A DNA stretch of 64,000 nucleotides, taken from positions 26,827 to 90,826 of the forward strand of contig DASZTL010000061.1 in NCBI GenBank assembly GCA_035548055.1, written 5' to 3'. Positions 39,706-48,659 of this stretch are shown in pieces. This DNA is from Mycobacteriales bacterium (GTDB taxonomy: Bacteria > Actinomycetota > Actinomycetes > JAFAQI01). The translations under genes were made by a program, and so were the position numbers. The notes beneath the pieces were generated by a model. The model was not told the origin of the DNA, searched no databases, and saw nothing but the letters and a program-made list of their open reading frames with translations. Each line of letters starts with the position of its first letter. Position 1 is the stretch's first letter.

Positions 39706-39900
39706 CCTCGTGCCTCCGGTGTCGTCGAGCGGGGGGCCTTAAACTACACAAGTCTGATCGAATTATGTAGGTGGGCGCCGACATACCTGGCGGCGCACAT
39801 CGAGCACAGGAGATCCTATGGGGGCCATCGCCTCTAGCAACAGGATCTCCGGGCTAGATGGGTCTAGACTGAAGGGAATCCGGCCGCAGAGGAGATCGCG

Positions 39901-41265
39901 ATGAAGACCTACGCCGCCGCGCGCGTCGCCCCGCAGGATGTTCACGCCCGCCTCGAGCGGCACCTTCTCGTCGATGGCTTCCGGCTCGTGGTGGATCTGA
40001 GGGCGAGCCACGGCAGCTGGCTGGTCGACGCCCGTGACGGCAGCGAGTACCTCGACCTGTACACGTTCTTCGCATCGGCGCCGCTTGGCGCGAACCCGCC
40101 AGGTCTGGCCGACGACCCGGAGTTCATGCGGCTGCTCGCCGAAGTCGCTGCGAACAAGCCGGCGAACTCCGACACGTACACGACCCACCTGGCGGAGTTC
40201 GTCGAGACCTTCGATCGGGTGCTCGGCGATCCAGCGCTGCCACACCTGTTCTTCGTGGAGGGCGGTGCGCTCGCCGTGGAGAACGCGCTGAAGACCGCCT
40301 TCGACTGGAAGAGCCGGCGCAACGAGCTGGCGGGTCGCTCGCCGGCGCTCGGCACGAAGGTGCTTCACCTCAGTCGTGCTTTCCACGGCCGCAGCGGCTA
40401 CACCCTGTCGCTGACGAACACCGACCCCGTGAAGACGGACCGGTTCCCCAAGTTCGGCTGGCCTCGGATCGACGTACCGGCGATGCGGTTCCCGGTACAC
40501 GCACACCTCGACGAGATCGAGGCCGCCGAGCAGGTCGCCCTGAGCCAGGCGCGCGCCGCGTTCGAGCGCAGCCCGCACGACATCGCCTGCTTCATCGCGG
40601 AGCCGATCCAGGGAGAGGGTGGTGACAACCACCTCCGTCCGGAGTTCTTGCAGGCGATGCAGGCGCTCTGTCACGAGTACGACGCGCTGTTCGTGCTCGA
40701 CGAGGTGCAAACCGGAGTCGGTCTGACCGGTACCCCGTGGTGCTACCAGCAGCTCGGCCTCGAGCCGGACATCGTCGCCTTCGCGAAGAAGCTGCAGGTC
40801 GGCGGGATCATGGCCGGGCGGCGGGTCGACCTCGTCCCGGACAACGTGTTCGCCGTGTCGAGCCGGATCAACTCCACCTGGGGCGGCGGTCTGGTGGACA
40901 TGGTGAGAGCGCGGCGGCTGCTGGAGATCATCGAGGCCGACGGGCTGTTCGACGCGGCGGCTCGTAGTGGTGACAAGTTCCTCGGCGGTCTGCACGATCT
41001 GGCACAGCGGCACCCGGGGCTGGCGGCGAACGTCCGCGGCCGTGGCCTGATGTGTGCCGTCGACCTCCCGGACGGTCGCATTCGCAGCCAGGTGGTCGCG
41101 GGTCTGCGTGACGAGCGGGTGCTCGTCCTGCCGTGCGGCGAGCGGTCGGTGCGCTTCCGTCCGGCGCTGTCCGTGACGGAGGATGAGCTCGGGATCGCAA
41201 TCGAGGCGTTGCATCAGGTGCTCAGCCGCCTTGCCGTCCCGTCGCGAGAGCGGGAGCCAGCATGA
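39901..41265 (+). CDS. lat: L-lysine 6-aminotransferase (class III PLP enzyme)
   Basis: YLDLYTFFASAPLGANP, AVENALKTAFDWK, EPIQGEGGDNH, DEVQTG, RINSTWGG. Confidence 0.93.
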   Translation: MKTYAAARVAPQDVHARLERHLLVDGFRLVVDLRASHGSWLVDARDGSEYLDLYTFFASAPLGANPPGLADDPEFMRLLAEVAANKPANSDTYTTHLAEFVETFDRVLGDPALPHLFFVEGGALAVENALKTAFDWKSRRNELAGRSPALGTKVLHLSRAFHGRSGYTLSLTNTDPVKTDRFPKFGWPRIDVPAMRFPVHAHLDEIEAAEQVALSQARAAFERSPHDIACFIAEPIQGEGGDNHLRPEFLQAMQALCHEYDALFVLDEVQTGVGLTGTPWCYQQLGLEPDIVAFAKKLQVGGIMAGRRVDLVPDNVFAVSSRINSTWGGGLVDMVRARRLLEIIEADGLFDAAARSGDKFLGGLHDLAQRHPGLAANVRGRGLMCAVDLPDGRIRSQVVAGLRDERVLVLPCGERSVRFRPALSVTEDELGIAIEALHQVLSRLAVPSREREPA

Positions 41266-42818
41266 GAACGATCACCTCCGTCATTGCGGGCACGGCGGTG
41301 TCCGGAGCGCCCGCCGCGATGATCGAGGACCGCAACCCGGCGGCGCTCCACGATGTCGTCGCGGAGGTTGCGCTCGCTGACGCTGCGACCTTTGCCGCGG
41401 CCTGCCGAGCGGCGCGGGCCGCGCAACCGGGCTGGGCCGACGTGCCCGCGCCGATCCGGGGGCGGGCGATCGCGCACATCGGGCGCACGGTCGAAGCCAA
41501 CGCGGAACGGCTCGCACGCCTTGTGACTCGCGAAATCGGCAAGCCGTACGCAGAGGCGCTCGGCGAGGTGCGCGAGATCGTCGACACCTGCGACTTCTTC
41601 CTCGGCGAAGGGCGCCGTCTCTACGGGCAGACCGTCGGCAGTGAGATGCCGGACAAGCAGCTGTTCACCTTCCGCAATCCGGTGGGCGTCGTCGCCGCGA
41701 TCACGGCGGGAAACTTCCCGGTTGCCGTGCCGTCCTGGTACCTCGTGCCGGCGCTGCTGTGCGGAAACACGGTGGTCTGGAAGCCCGCCGACTACTCACC
41801 GGCCTGCGGGGCGGCGCTCTTCGAGCTGTTCGTCCGAGGCGGCGGGTTGCCCGACGGCGTGCTGAACCTGGTGCTCGCCGACGGCGCGTCGACGTACGAC
41901 GGGCTGGCGACAGCTCTCGAAGAAGGCAATGTCGACAAGGTCGGGTTCACCGGATCCAGCGCCGTGGGCGCGAAGATCGGCGAGCTGGCGGGACGTCATC
42001 TGCAGTCGGCCTGCCTCGAGCTCGGTGGCAAGAACCCGATGGTGGTCACGCCCTCGGCGGACCTCGACCTCGCAGCAGAGGGCGCCCTGTTCTCCGGGTT
42101 CGGAACCGCTGGGCAGCGCTGCACGTCGCTCGGGACCGTCGTCGTTCACGAGAGCATCCACGACGACTTTCTGGCGCGCTTCGACAAGCTGACCCGGCAA
42201 GCCGCCATCGGTGACCCCACCGATGCCGTCCTGTTCGGCCCGATGCTCGACGAGAAGTTCGCCGCGCAGTTCGACGAGTACCTTCACTGGTTGCAGCCGC
42301 ACCACGCGCTTCACGGCTCGTCGGCGACCGGTCGGATCACTCGGGACAACCCTCGTGACGGGTTCGTCGGTGATCCCGACGCCGGTGTCTACTACCACCC
42401 CGTCATCGTCGACGGGGTGCGGGAAGACGACGCCATCTTCCGCCAGGAGACGTTCGGGCCCCTCGTCGGCATCACGACGTACCGGGACCTCGACGACGCG
42501 ATCCGGCTTGCGAACCTGCCCGGCTACGGCCTGTCATCGGCGATCTACACGACCGATGCCGAGGAGGTGTTTCGCTTCCGTCGGGGGGTCTCCGCCGGGA
42601 TGGTGAGCGTCAACAACTCGACGTCCGGTGCGGAAGCGCACCTGCCGTTCGGCGGCAACGGCAAGTCGGGCAACGGCTCCCGCCAGTCGGGAATATGGGT
42701 GCTGGACCAGTTCACCCGCTGGCAGGCGGTGAACTGGGACTACTCAGGCCGCTTGCAGAAGGCGCAGATGGACGTCGCAGAGCTTTCGCCCGACGAGTCC
42801 TACCGGCTCCCCGAGTAG
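41262..42818 (+). CDS. Aldehyde dehydrogenase (probable piperideine-6-carboxylate/aminoadipate-semialdehyde dehydrogenase)
   Basis: GNFP, FTGSSAVG, LELGGKNP, GQRCTS, ETFGP; coupled to lat. Confidence 0.85.
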   Translation: MRTITSVIAGTAVSGAPAAMIEDRNPAALHDVVAEVALADAATFAAACRAARAAQPGWADVPAPIRGRAIAHIGRTVEANAERLARLVTREIGKPYAEALGEVREIVDTCDFFLGEGRRLYGQTVGSEMPDKQLFTFRNPVGVVAAITAGNFPVAVPSWYLVPALLCGNTVVWKPADYSPACGAALFELFVRGGGLPDGVLNLVLADGASTYDGLATALEEGNVDKVGFTGSSAVGAKIGELAGRHLQSACLELGGKNPMVVTPSADLDLAAEGALFSGFGTAGQRCTSLGTVVVHESIHDDFLARFDKLTRQAAIGDPTDAVLFGPMLDEKFAAQFDEYLHWLQPHHALHGSSATGRITRDNPRDGFVGDPDAGVYYHPVIVDGVREDDAIFRQETFGPLVGITTYRDLDDAIRLANLPGYGLSSAIYTTDAEEVFRFRRGVSAGMVSVNNSTSGAEAHLPFGGNGKSGNGSRQSGIWVLDQFTRWQAVNWDYSGRLQKAQMDVAELSPDESYRLPE

Positions 42819-42829
42819 CCGAAGCGGCC

Positions 42830-45067
42830 ATGGGGGAAGCGAGTCCCGAGGAGGTCCTCGACGCCCGGCTGCGTGCCGCCTTCGGATCCCTGACGTCGCG
42901 GCACGGTGGCGGCACCCCGCTCGACGACCCCGTCCGGTTGGGCAGCACCCTGACGGTGCGGCGGGCGTTGGCGTTGTTCGATGCTCAGCTCGCCAGCCGT
43001 GCTCTCGACCTGTTCGCGCGTCGGCTGCGAGCGGAGGGGCACGGCTACTACACGATCGGATCGGCGGGCCACGAGTCGAACGCGGCCGTCGCCGCTGCTA
43101 CGCGGCCGACCGACCCCGCCCTGTTGCACTACCGATCGGGGGCCTTCTACATCGCGCGGGCCGCCCAGGTACCGGGTACGACGCCGCTGCGTGACGTACT
43201 GCTGGGCCTGGTCGCCGCAGCCGATGAGCCGATCGCCGGCGGGCGACACAAGGTCTTCGGAAACGCCGATCTCGCGGTGATCCCGCAGACATCGACGATC
43301 GCCTCGCACCTGCCTCGCGCGCTCGGGGTCGCATTCGCGATCGACCGCGCTCGCAAGCTCAAGGTCGATTGCCCCTGGCCGCGGGATGCCGTCGTCGTTG
43401 CGAGCTTTGGCGACGCCACGGCCAACCATTCCACCGCGACCGGCGCGATCAACGCGTCCTGTCGTGTGGCGCATGACGGCTTGCCGCTCCCGCTGCTGCT
43501 GGTCTGCGAGGACAACGGTCTCGGCATCAGCGTGCCCACCTCGAGCGGATGGATCGAAGCGGCGTACGGCAGCCGGCCCGGACTCGCGTACTTCACCGCC
43601 GACGGGAGCGACCTCGCGGCATGTTTCGAAGCCGCGGTCGCTGCTGTCGAGCACGTGCGTACGCGTCGAGCTCCGGCGTTCCTTCACCTGCGGGTGGTGC
43701 GCTTCATGGGTCATGCGGGCAGTGACGCCGAGATCAGCTACCGGTCTCGCACCGACATCGAGGCGGACTACGGCCGCGACCCGTTGCTCGGTACCGCGCG
43801 CCTGCTGGTCGAAGCCGCCGTGATGACCCCCGGGCAGGTGATCGAGCGGTACGACGCCGTTCTCGGCGAGGTCGAGACCCTCGCGCGGGAGGTGGTCACG
43901 CACCGGCGCCTCGGGAGTGCCGGCGAGATCATGGCACCGCTCTCGCCCCGTAGCCCGGAGCGCGTGGCAGAGGCCGCGTCGACGGCCACCGAGCCGGCGC
44001 GACGCGTCGACGGCTTCGGCGGCCGGCTGCCAGAGGACGGCGACCCGCTGACGCTGGCAGACAGCATCAACCGCACGCTTGCGGACGCACTGCTCGGCGA
44101 GCCGCGGATGCTGGTGTTCGGCGAGGACGTGGCACGCAAAGGTGGCGTGTACGGCGTGACGCGTGGGCTTGCCCGCCGGTTTGGTGCCGGCCGGGTCTTC
44201 GACACACTGCTCGACGAGCAGTCGGTCCTCGGCGTTGCCCTGGGTGCCGGCGTCTCCGGTTTGATCCCCGTCCCGGAGATCCAGTACCTGGCGTATCTGC
44301 ACAACGCCGAGGACCAGCTCCGCGGTGAGGCGGCCAGCCTGTCCTACTTCTCCAACGGCCGCTACCGCAACCCGATGGTCGTGCGAGTCGCCGGCCTCGC
44401 CTACCAGAAGGGGTTCGGAGGCCACTTCCACAACGACAATGCGCTTGCCGTCCTGCGCGACATTCCCGGCATCGTGGTGGCTGTTCCCGCTCGCGGAGAC
44501 GATGCCGCGGCCATGCTGCGGACGTGCCTTGCGGCCGCGCGGATCGACGGCACGGTCTGCGTGTTCGTCGAGCCGATCGCGCTCTACCACTCACGAGACC
44601 TGTACGCCCCCGGTGACGGCGAATGGGCCAGTCGATATCCGGCTCCGCACGAGTGGGCTGCCACACACGTACCGATCGGGGTGGGGCGTGGATATGGCGC
44701 CGGAACGGATCTCACGATCGTGACGTTCGGAAACGGTGTGCCGATGTCGCTTCGCGTTGCTCGCCGCCTCGGCGATGGCGGCATCGGCTGTCGGGTCCTG
44801 GATCTTCGCTGGGTGTCTCCGCTCCCGGTCGAGGACATCCTGCGGGAGGCGACGGCGACCGGACGAGTGCTGGTCGTTGACGAGACGCGTGCCAGCGGTG
44901 GCGTGTCCGAGGGAGTGCTCGCGGGTTTGACGGACGCGCGCTACCGCGGTGAGGTGGCACGGGTCGCCGCGCAGGACACGTTCATCCCGCTCGGCGACGC
45001 GGCCGACCATGTGCTCGTCTCCGAGGCGGCCATCGAGAAGGCCGCGTACGAGCTCGTCAACCGCTAG
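42830..45067 (+). CDS. ThDP-dependent 2-oxoacid dehydrogenase E1, fused alpha/beta
   Basis: FGDATANH...CEDN ThDP motif; FGEDVARKGGVYGVT; FDTLLDEQS; EIQYLAY; start moved to ATG at 42830. Confidence 0.88.
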   Translation: MGEASPEEVLDARLRAAFGSLTSRHGGGTPLDDPVRLGSTLTVRRALALFDAQLASRALDLFARRLRAEGHGYYTIGSAGHESNAAVAAATRPTDPALLHYRSGAFYIARAAQVPGTTPLRDVLLGLVAAADEPIAGGRHKVFGNADLAVIPQTSTIASHLPRALGVAFAIDRARKLKVDCPWPRDAVVVASFGDATANHSTATGAINASCRVAHDGLPLPLLLVCEDNGLGISVPTSSGWIEAAYGSRPGLAYFTADGSDLAACFEAAVAAVEHVRTRRAPAFLHLRVVRFMGHAGSDAEISYRSRTDIEADYGRDPLLGTARLLVEAAVMTPGQVIERYDAVLGEVETLAREVVTHRRLGSAGEIMAPLSPRSPERVAEAASTATEPARRVDGFGGRLPEDGDPLTLADSINRTLADALLGEPRMLVFGEDVARKGGVYGVTRGLARRFGAGRVFDTLLDEQSVLGVALGAGVSGLIPVPEIQYLAYLHNAEDQLRGEAASLSYFSNGRYRNPMVVRVAGLAYQKGFGGHFHNDNALAVLRDIPGIVVAVPARGDDAAAMLRTCLAAARIDGTVCVFVEPIALYHSRDLYAPGDGEWASRYPAPHEWAATHVPIGVGRGYGAGTDLTIVTFGNGVPMSLRVARRLGDGGIGCRVLDLRWVSPLPVEDILREATATGRVLVVDETRASGGVSEGVLAGLTDARYRGEVARVAAQDTFIPLGDAADHVLVSEAAIEKAAYELVNR

Positions 45068-45077
45068 CCGCCCGCCG

Positions 45078-45902
45078 TCACAGCATGCGGTTGGCGATCC
45101 ACTGCGGCATGTGCGAGGCCATCACCTGGGCCGCCGCCCGGCGCGGAAGGACTACTCGATCGCGGTCGTTGCCGCACGCCCGGACGACCGCATCGGCGAC
45201 CTCGTCGACGGTCAGCTTGCGCAGCATGCGGATCCGCAGCATCCGGTCGAACGCGTCTCGACATGGCTCGTAGCTGGTGGCCTCGTCGTACAGACCGGTG
45301 TCGACCGGCCCCAGCTCGACATTGGTGACGCCCACCCCGGTACCGCGCAGGTCGCGGCGGAGCCCTTCGGCAAGCTGCGACACCGCCGCCTTGGTTGCGG
45401 AGTAGGCGGTGAGGCCAGGCAGCGCCACTTGAGCACTCAACGACGAAACGAAGACGAGCCGGCCCCGGGCCCGGGCCCGCATCCCCGGCAGCAGCTGGCG
45501 AGCCAGCTCAGCCGGGGCGAGGGCGTTCACCTCGTACAGCTGCCGTAGCTGGGGCGCCGAGAAGTCCGTGAGGTCGCCCGACGTGCCGAGTCCGGCGTTG
45601 TTGATGAGGACGTCGACCGGCGCAATTGCCTCGAGCCGCTCCGCCACCCCGTCGGCGTTGGCGACGTCGGCGGCCAGATGTCCGACCCGGAGCTGTGCGG
45701 CGACCCGCTCGAGGTCGGCGCTACCGCGGGCGAGCAGCGTCACCCGGGCGCCGGCCGTCGCGAACTCGCGGCCGAACGCGGCGCCCATGCCGCGCGACCC
45801 GCCCGTGACGACCACGTGCCGGCCGGTGAGATCCACCCGGATATCTTCACCCGGCCGGCGCGGAGGGATCGGGCGCACCCCGCCGAAGTTGGAATCTGCC
45901 AT
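45078..45902 (-). CDS. SDR-family oxidoreductase
   Basis: VVTGGSRGMG, LINNAG, YSATK (YxxxK); start uncertain (ATG at 45902 or a GTG about 65 nt downstream). Confidence 0.88.
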   Translation of the reverse strand: MADSNFGGVRPIPPRRPGEDIRVDLTGRHVVVTGGSRGMGAAFGREFATAGARVTLLARGSADLERVAAQLRVGHLAADVANADGVAERLEAIAPVDVLINNAGLGTSGDLTDFSAPQLRQLYEVNALAPAELARQLLPGMRARARGRLVFVSSLSAQVALPGLTAYSATKAAVSQLAEGLRRDLRGTGVGVTNVELGPVDTGLYDEATSYEPCRDAFDRMLRIRMLRKLTVDEVADAVVRACGNDRDRVVLPRRAAAQVMASHMPQWIANRML

Positions 45903-45955
45903 CAAAAATCGGGACAATCTGTTGTGATGGCATCGATGCAGAGGACCCAGAGCGG

Positions 45956-46981
45956 ATGAGCCGGCTCGACAGGTACCGGGCCCACCGGGACGACCCGTAC
46001 CGCGGCTACTACTCCGGGCGCACCGCGTGGCGCGCTCCGGTCGCGATAGGGCTTCCGCTCGCGGTCGCACTCGTGCTGATCATCACCTTCGCACTCTCGG
46101 CCGTGCGGCCGGCTTCCGGTCAACCTGCTCGGGCCGGACATCCCAACGGCCACAGCTACCAGTCCCTGCTGATTCCCTCGGATCAGGCCGCGCCGACGTT
46201 CCAGGTCGGCCGCGATCACCAGGCGAAACATCCTCAGCGGGTCGTGATGGCGTACAACGCCGGGGCAGGGCAGACCCGGGCGGAGAGTGCTCCTCGCACC
46301 CGTAGTGGAAGCAGTACGTCGTACCGCACCGACGAGAACGGCTACCGGATCGCGCCACGTAGGGACAGTGCCCTGGTCCCGTACACCACCGTCGTGGCAC
46401 ATCTCGAGCACACCACCAAGGGCTACCCTTCGGCGCGCTCGTTCTCGAGCAACCGCAAGGTGCCGGGTTCGTGGTACGGCTACCCCTCGATCCTCCCGGT
46501 GATTGACTCCACCGCGGACCGGATCAAGGTGATGCTCGCTCAGCGCCCCGACGAGTCGACGAGCTGGGTCAAGCGCAGCGCCGCGGTGCTGACCAGGGTC
46601 CACTACGCAATCGTCGTGGACATCTCGCAGCACTGGCTCTACGTGTTCTACAAGGGCATCCAGATCTCGTCGTTTCCGGTTGGCACCGGTGCCTCCGGCA
46701 CCCCCACGCCCACCGGCCACTACTTCGTTGCCTTCCACGCTCCGCCTAACGGACCGGGCTACGGCGCGTTCATGATCGAGACCTCCGCGCACTCGCGGGT
46801 GATCGCGCACTTCGAGGGCGGTGATGACGCGATCATCGCGATCCATGGACCCGTCGGGTCAGATGCGCAGATCGGCAATCACGGCGCGGCGATCTCGAAC
46901 GGCTGTATCCGCATGCACGACAGCGACCTTCGTCAGATCCGGCACGTTCACAACGGCTCACCGGTCTTCCTGACCTACTGA
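45956..46981 (+). CDS. L,D-transpeptidase (YkuD) with an N-terminal membrane anchor
   Basis: FPVGTG...TPTG, IAIHG...AISNGCIRM (HxxxxxxxxxxxxxxSxGC). Confidence 0.88.
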   Translation: MSRLDRYRAHRDDPYRGYYSGRTAWRAPVAIGLPLAVALVLIITFALSAVRPASGQPARAGHPNGHSYQSLLIPSDQAAPTFQVGRDHQAKHPQRVVMAYNAGAGQTRAESAPRTRSGSSTSYRTDENGYRIAPRRDSALVPYTTVVAHLEHTTKGYPSARSFSSNRKVPGSWYGYPSILPVIDSTADRIKVMLAQRPDESTSWVKRSAAVLTRVHYAIVVDISQHWLYVFYKGIQISSFPVGTGASGTPTPTGHYFVAFHAPPNGPGYGAFMIETSAHSRVIAHFEGGDDAIIAIHGPVGSDAQIGNHGAAISNGCIRMHDSDLRQIRHVHNGSPVFLTY

Positions 46982-46995
46982 GCGAGCCGCGCACC

Positions 46996-48600
46996 GTGAG
47001 GGGGGTCCGTTCCGGCACGATCGCGGTCGCGCTTTCGCTGATCGCGATCGGCTCCGCCGGTAGCGGGTCGACCGCAATCGCACGGCCTTCGCAGGCCGAC
47101 CCGCATCGTCCGCCGTTGACGATTCCGGCGTTGCGGCAGTGGTATCACGGCGAGGGCACGTGGCACCTGGGGGAGAGGGCCCGCATCCTGGTCTGGCCTG
47201 CCCGCCCTGCCATGGTGCGACTCGGCAAGCAGCTCGCGACCGACGTTCGGGCCGAGGTGGGACGCCGACTGCCCGTCGTCGAGGGTCGGGGGGGCTACCG
47301 GCGCGGCGACATCGTCCTTCGTCACAGTCGTGACCTCGCCCGCAGCCTCGGCACCGAGGGCTACGCGCTCGAGGTCAGTCGGGTGGTCCGGATTTCCGCT
47401 CCGACGAGCACCGGGATCTTCTACGGCGGTCGGACGCTGGTGCAGCTGCTGCATCAGGGCACATCACTTCGGCAGGGCTTCGGGCTGGATAGTCCGCGAT
47501 ACCCGGAGCGCGGGCTGATGGTCGACGCGTCGCGGACGACGTACAGCACCCACTGGGTGTTGCGCGAGATCCACCGTCTCGCGGCGCTGAAGCTGAACGT
47601 CCTCCATCTGCATCTCACCGACGACCAGCGGTGGGCGATCGACAGCAGGGCCTATCCGTCGGTCGTCGCCAAGCATGCGTTCAGCCGGGCCGACATTCGG
47701 CGCATCCTGCGGGTCGCCAAGCGCAACCACGTGATGGTGATCCCTGAGTTCGAGATGCCCGGGCACATGGCGTCATTCCTTTCCCGGCATCCGGCGCTGG
47801 AGCTGAAGCCGGCGGCGATCGTCGGATCCTCGACCTCGCAGCAATACGTGACGGACAAGCTCGACATCACCAACCCGAAGGCGCTCGCGGCGATGCGCCG
47901 GATCCTCGACGAGTACCTGCCGCTGTTCCCCGGCCGGTACTGGGACATGGGGTGCGACGAGTACCTGTCACCGGCTGAGTACGCCGTCTTCCCCCAGCTG
48001 GCGGCCTACGCCGTGACGCACTACGGTCCCGGCGCGACCCCGGCCGACGTGATCCACGCCTTCATCAACGCGGTCGACCGGATCGTTCGGGCACATCACA
48101 AGACGCTGCGAATCTGGAGCGACCAGATGGGCGGCACCGGGCTCGTCCCGGTCAACAACGACGTCGTCGCCGAATGGTGGTCCAGTGCGTCGCCGCTCGG
48201 CGATCCAGTCACCGTCGCACCCTCGACGTTGCTCAACCGGGGCTTTCAGGTGCTCAACGCGGGCTGGTACCCGAACTACTACACGGACGACCTCGGCCCG
48301 GTCGCAGGCCGGGCTGACCTCGCCGGGGTCTACCAGAGCTGGGCGGTCAACCAGTTCGACGGTCAGGAGCTCACGACCGGCACGGTCACGACCCGGCAGA
48401 CGGTCCCGGCGGGCAGTCCGGGCCTGCTCGGCGCAACGCTGAACGTTTGGGGCCCGCTGAAGGAAAGCACCGAACAGACCGCGGCCGGAATCGAGCCGCA
48501 TCTCGCAGTGCTCGCCCAGAAGACATGGGGGAGCCGACTACCGACCCCGACCTACCAGGGGTTCTCCCGGGCGATGCGCCGGGTCGGTCTCCCGCGCTGA
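46996..48600 (+). CDS. Secreted GH20 beta-N-acetylhexosaminidase-like glycosidase
   Basis: Signal peptide; ERGLMVD, LHLHLTDDQ, IPEFEMPGH, MGCDE catalytic pair. Confidence 0.88.
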   Translation: MRGVRSGTIAVALSLIAIGSAGSGSTAIARPSQADPHRPPLTIPALRQWYHGEGTWHLGERARILVWPARPAMVRLGKQLATDVRAEVGRRLPVVEGRGGYRRGDIVLRHSRDLARSLGTEGYALEVSRVVRISAPTSTGIFYGGRTLVQLLHQGTSLRQGFGLDSPRYPERGLMVDASRTTYSTHWVLREIHRLAALKLNVLHLHLTDDQRWAIDSRAYPSVVAKHAFSRADIRRILRVAKRNHVMVIPEFEMPGHMASFLSRHPALELKPAAIVGSSTSQQYVTDKLDITNPKALAAMRRILDEYLPLFPGRYWDMGCDEYLSPAEYAVFPQLAAYAVTHYGPGATPADVIHAFINAVDRIVRAHHKTLRIWSDQMGGTGLVPVNNDVVAEWWSSASPLGDPVTVAPSTLLNRGFQVLNAGWYPNYYTDDLGPVAGRADLAGVYQSWAVNQFDGQELTTGTVTTRQTVPAGSPGLLGATLNVWGPLKESTEQTAAGIEPHLAVLAQKTWGSRLPTPTYQGFSRAMRRVGLPR

Positions 48601-48659
48601 GCAGGCAACGGAAGGTCCGACCGGCCCGATCACGAACTCCTCAGGCTGTGTGGGTCGGG

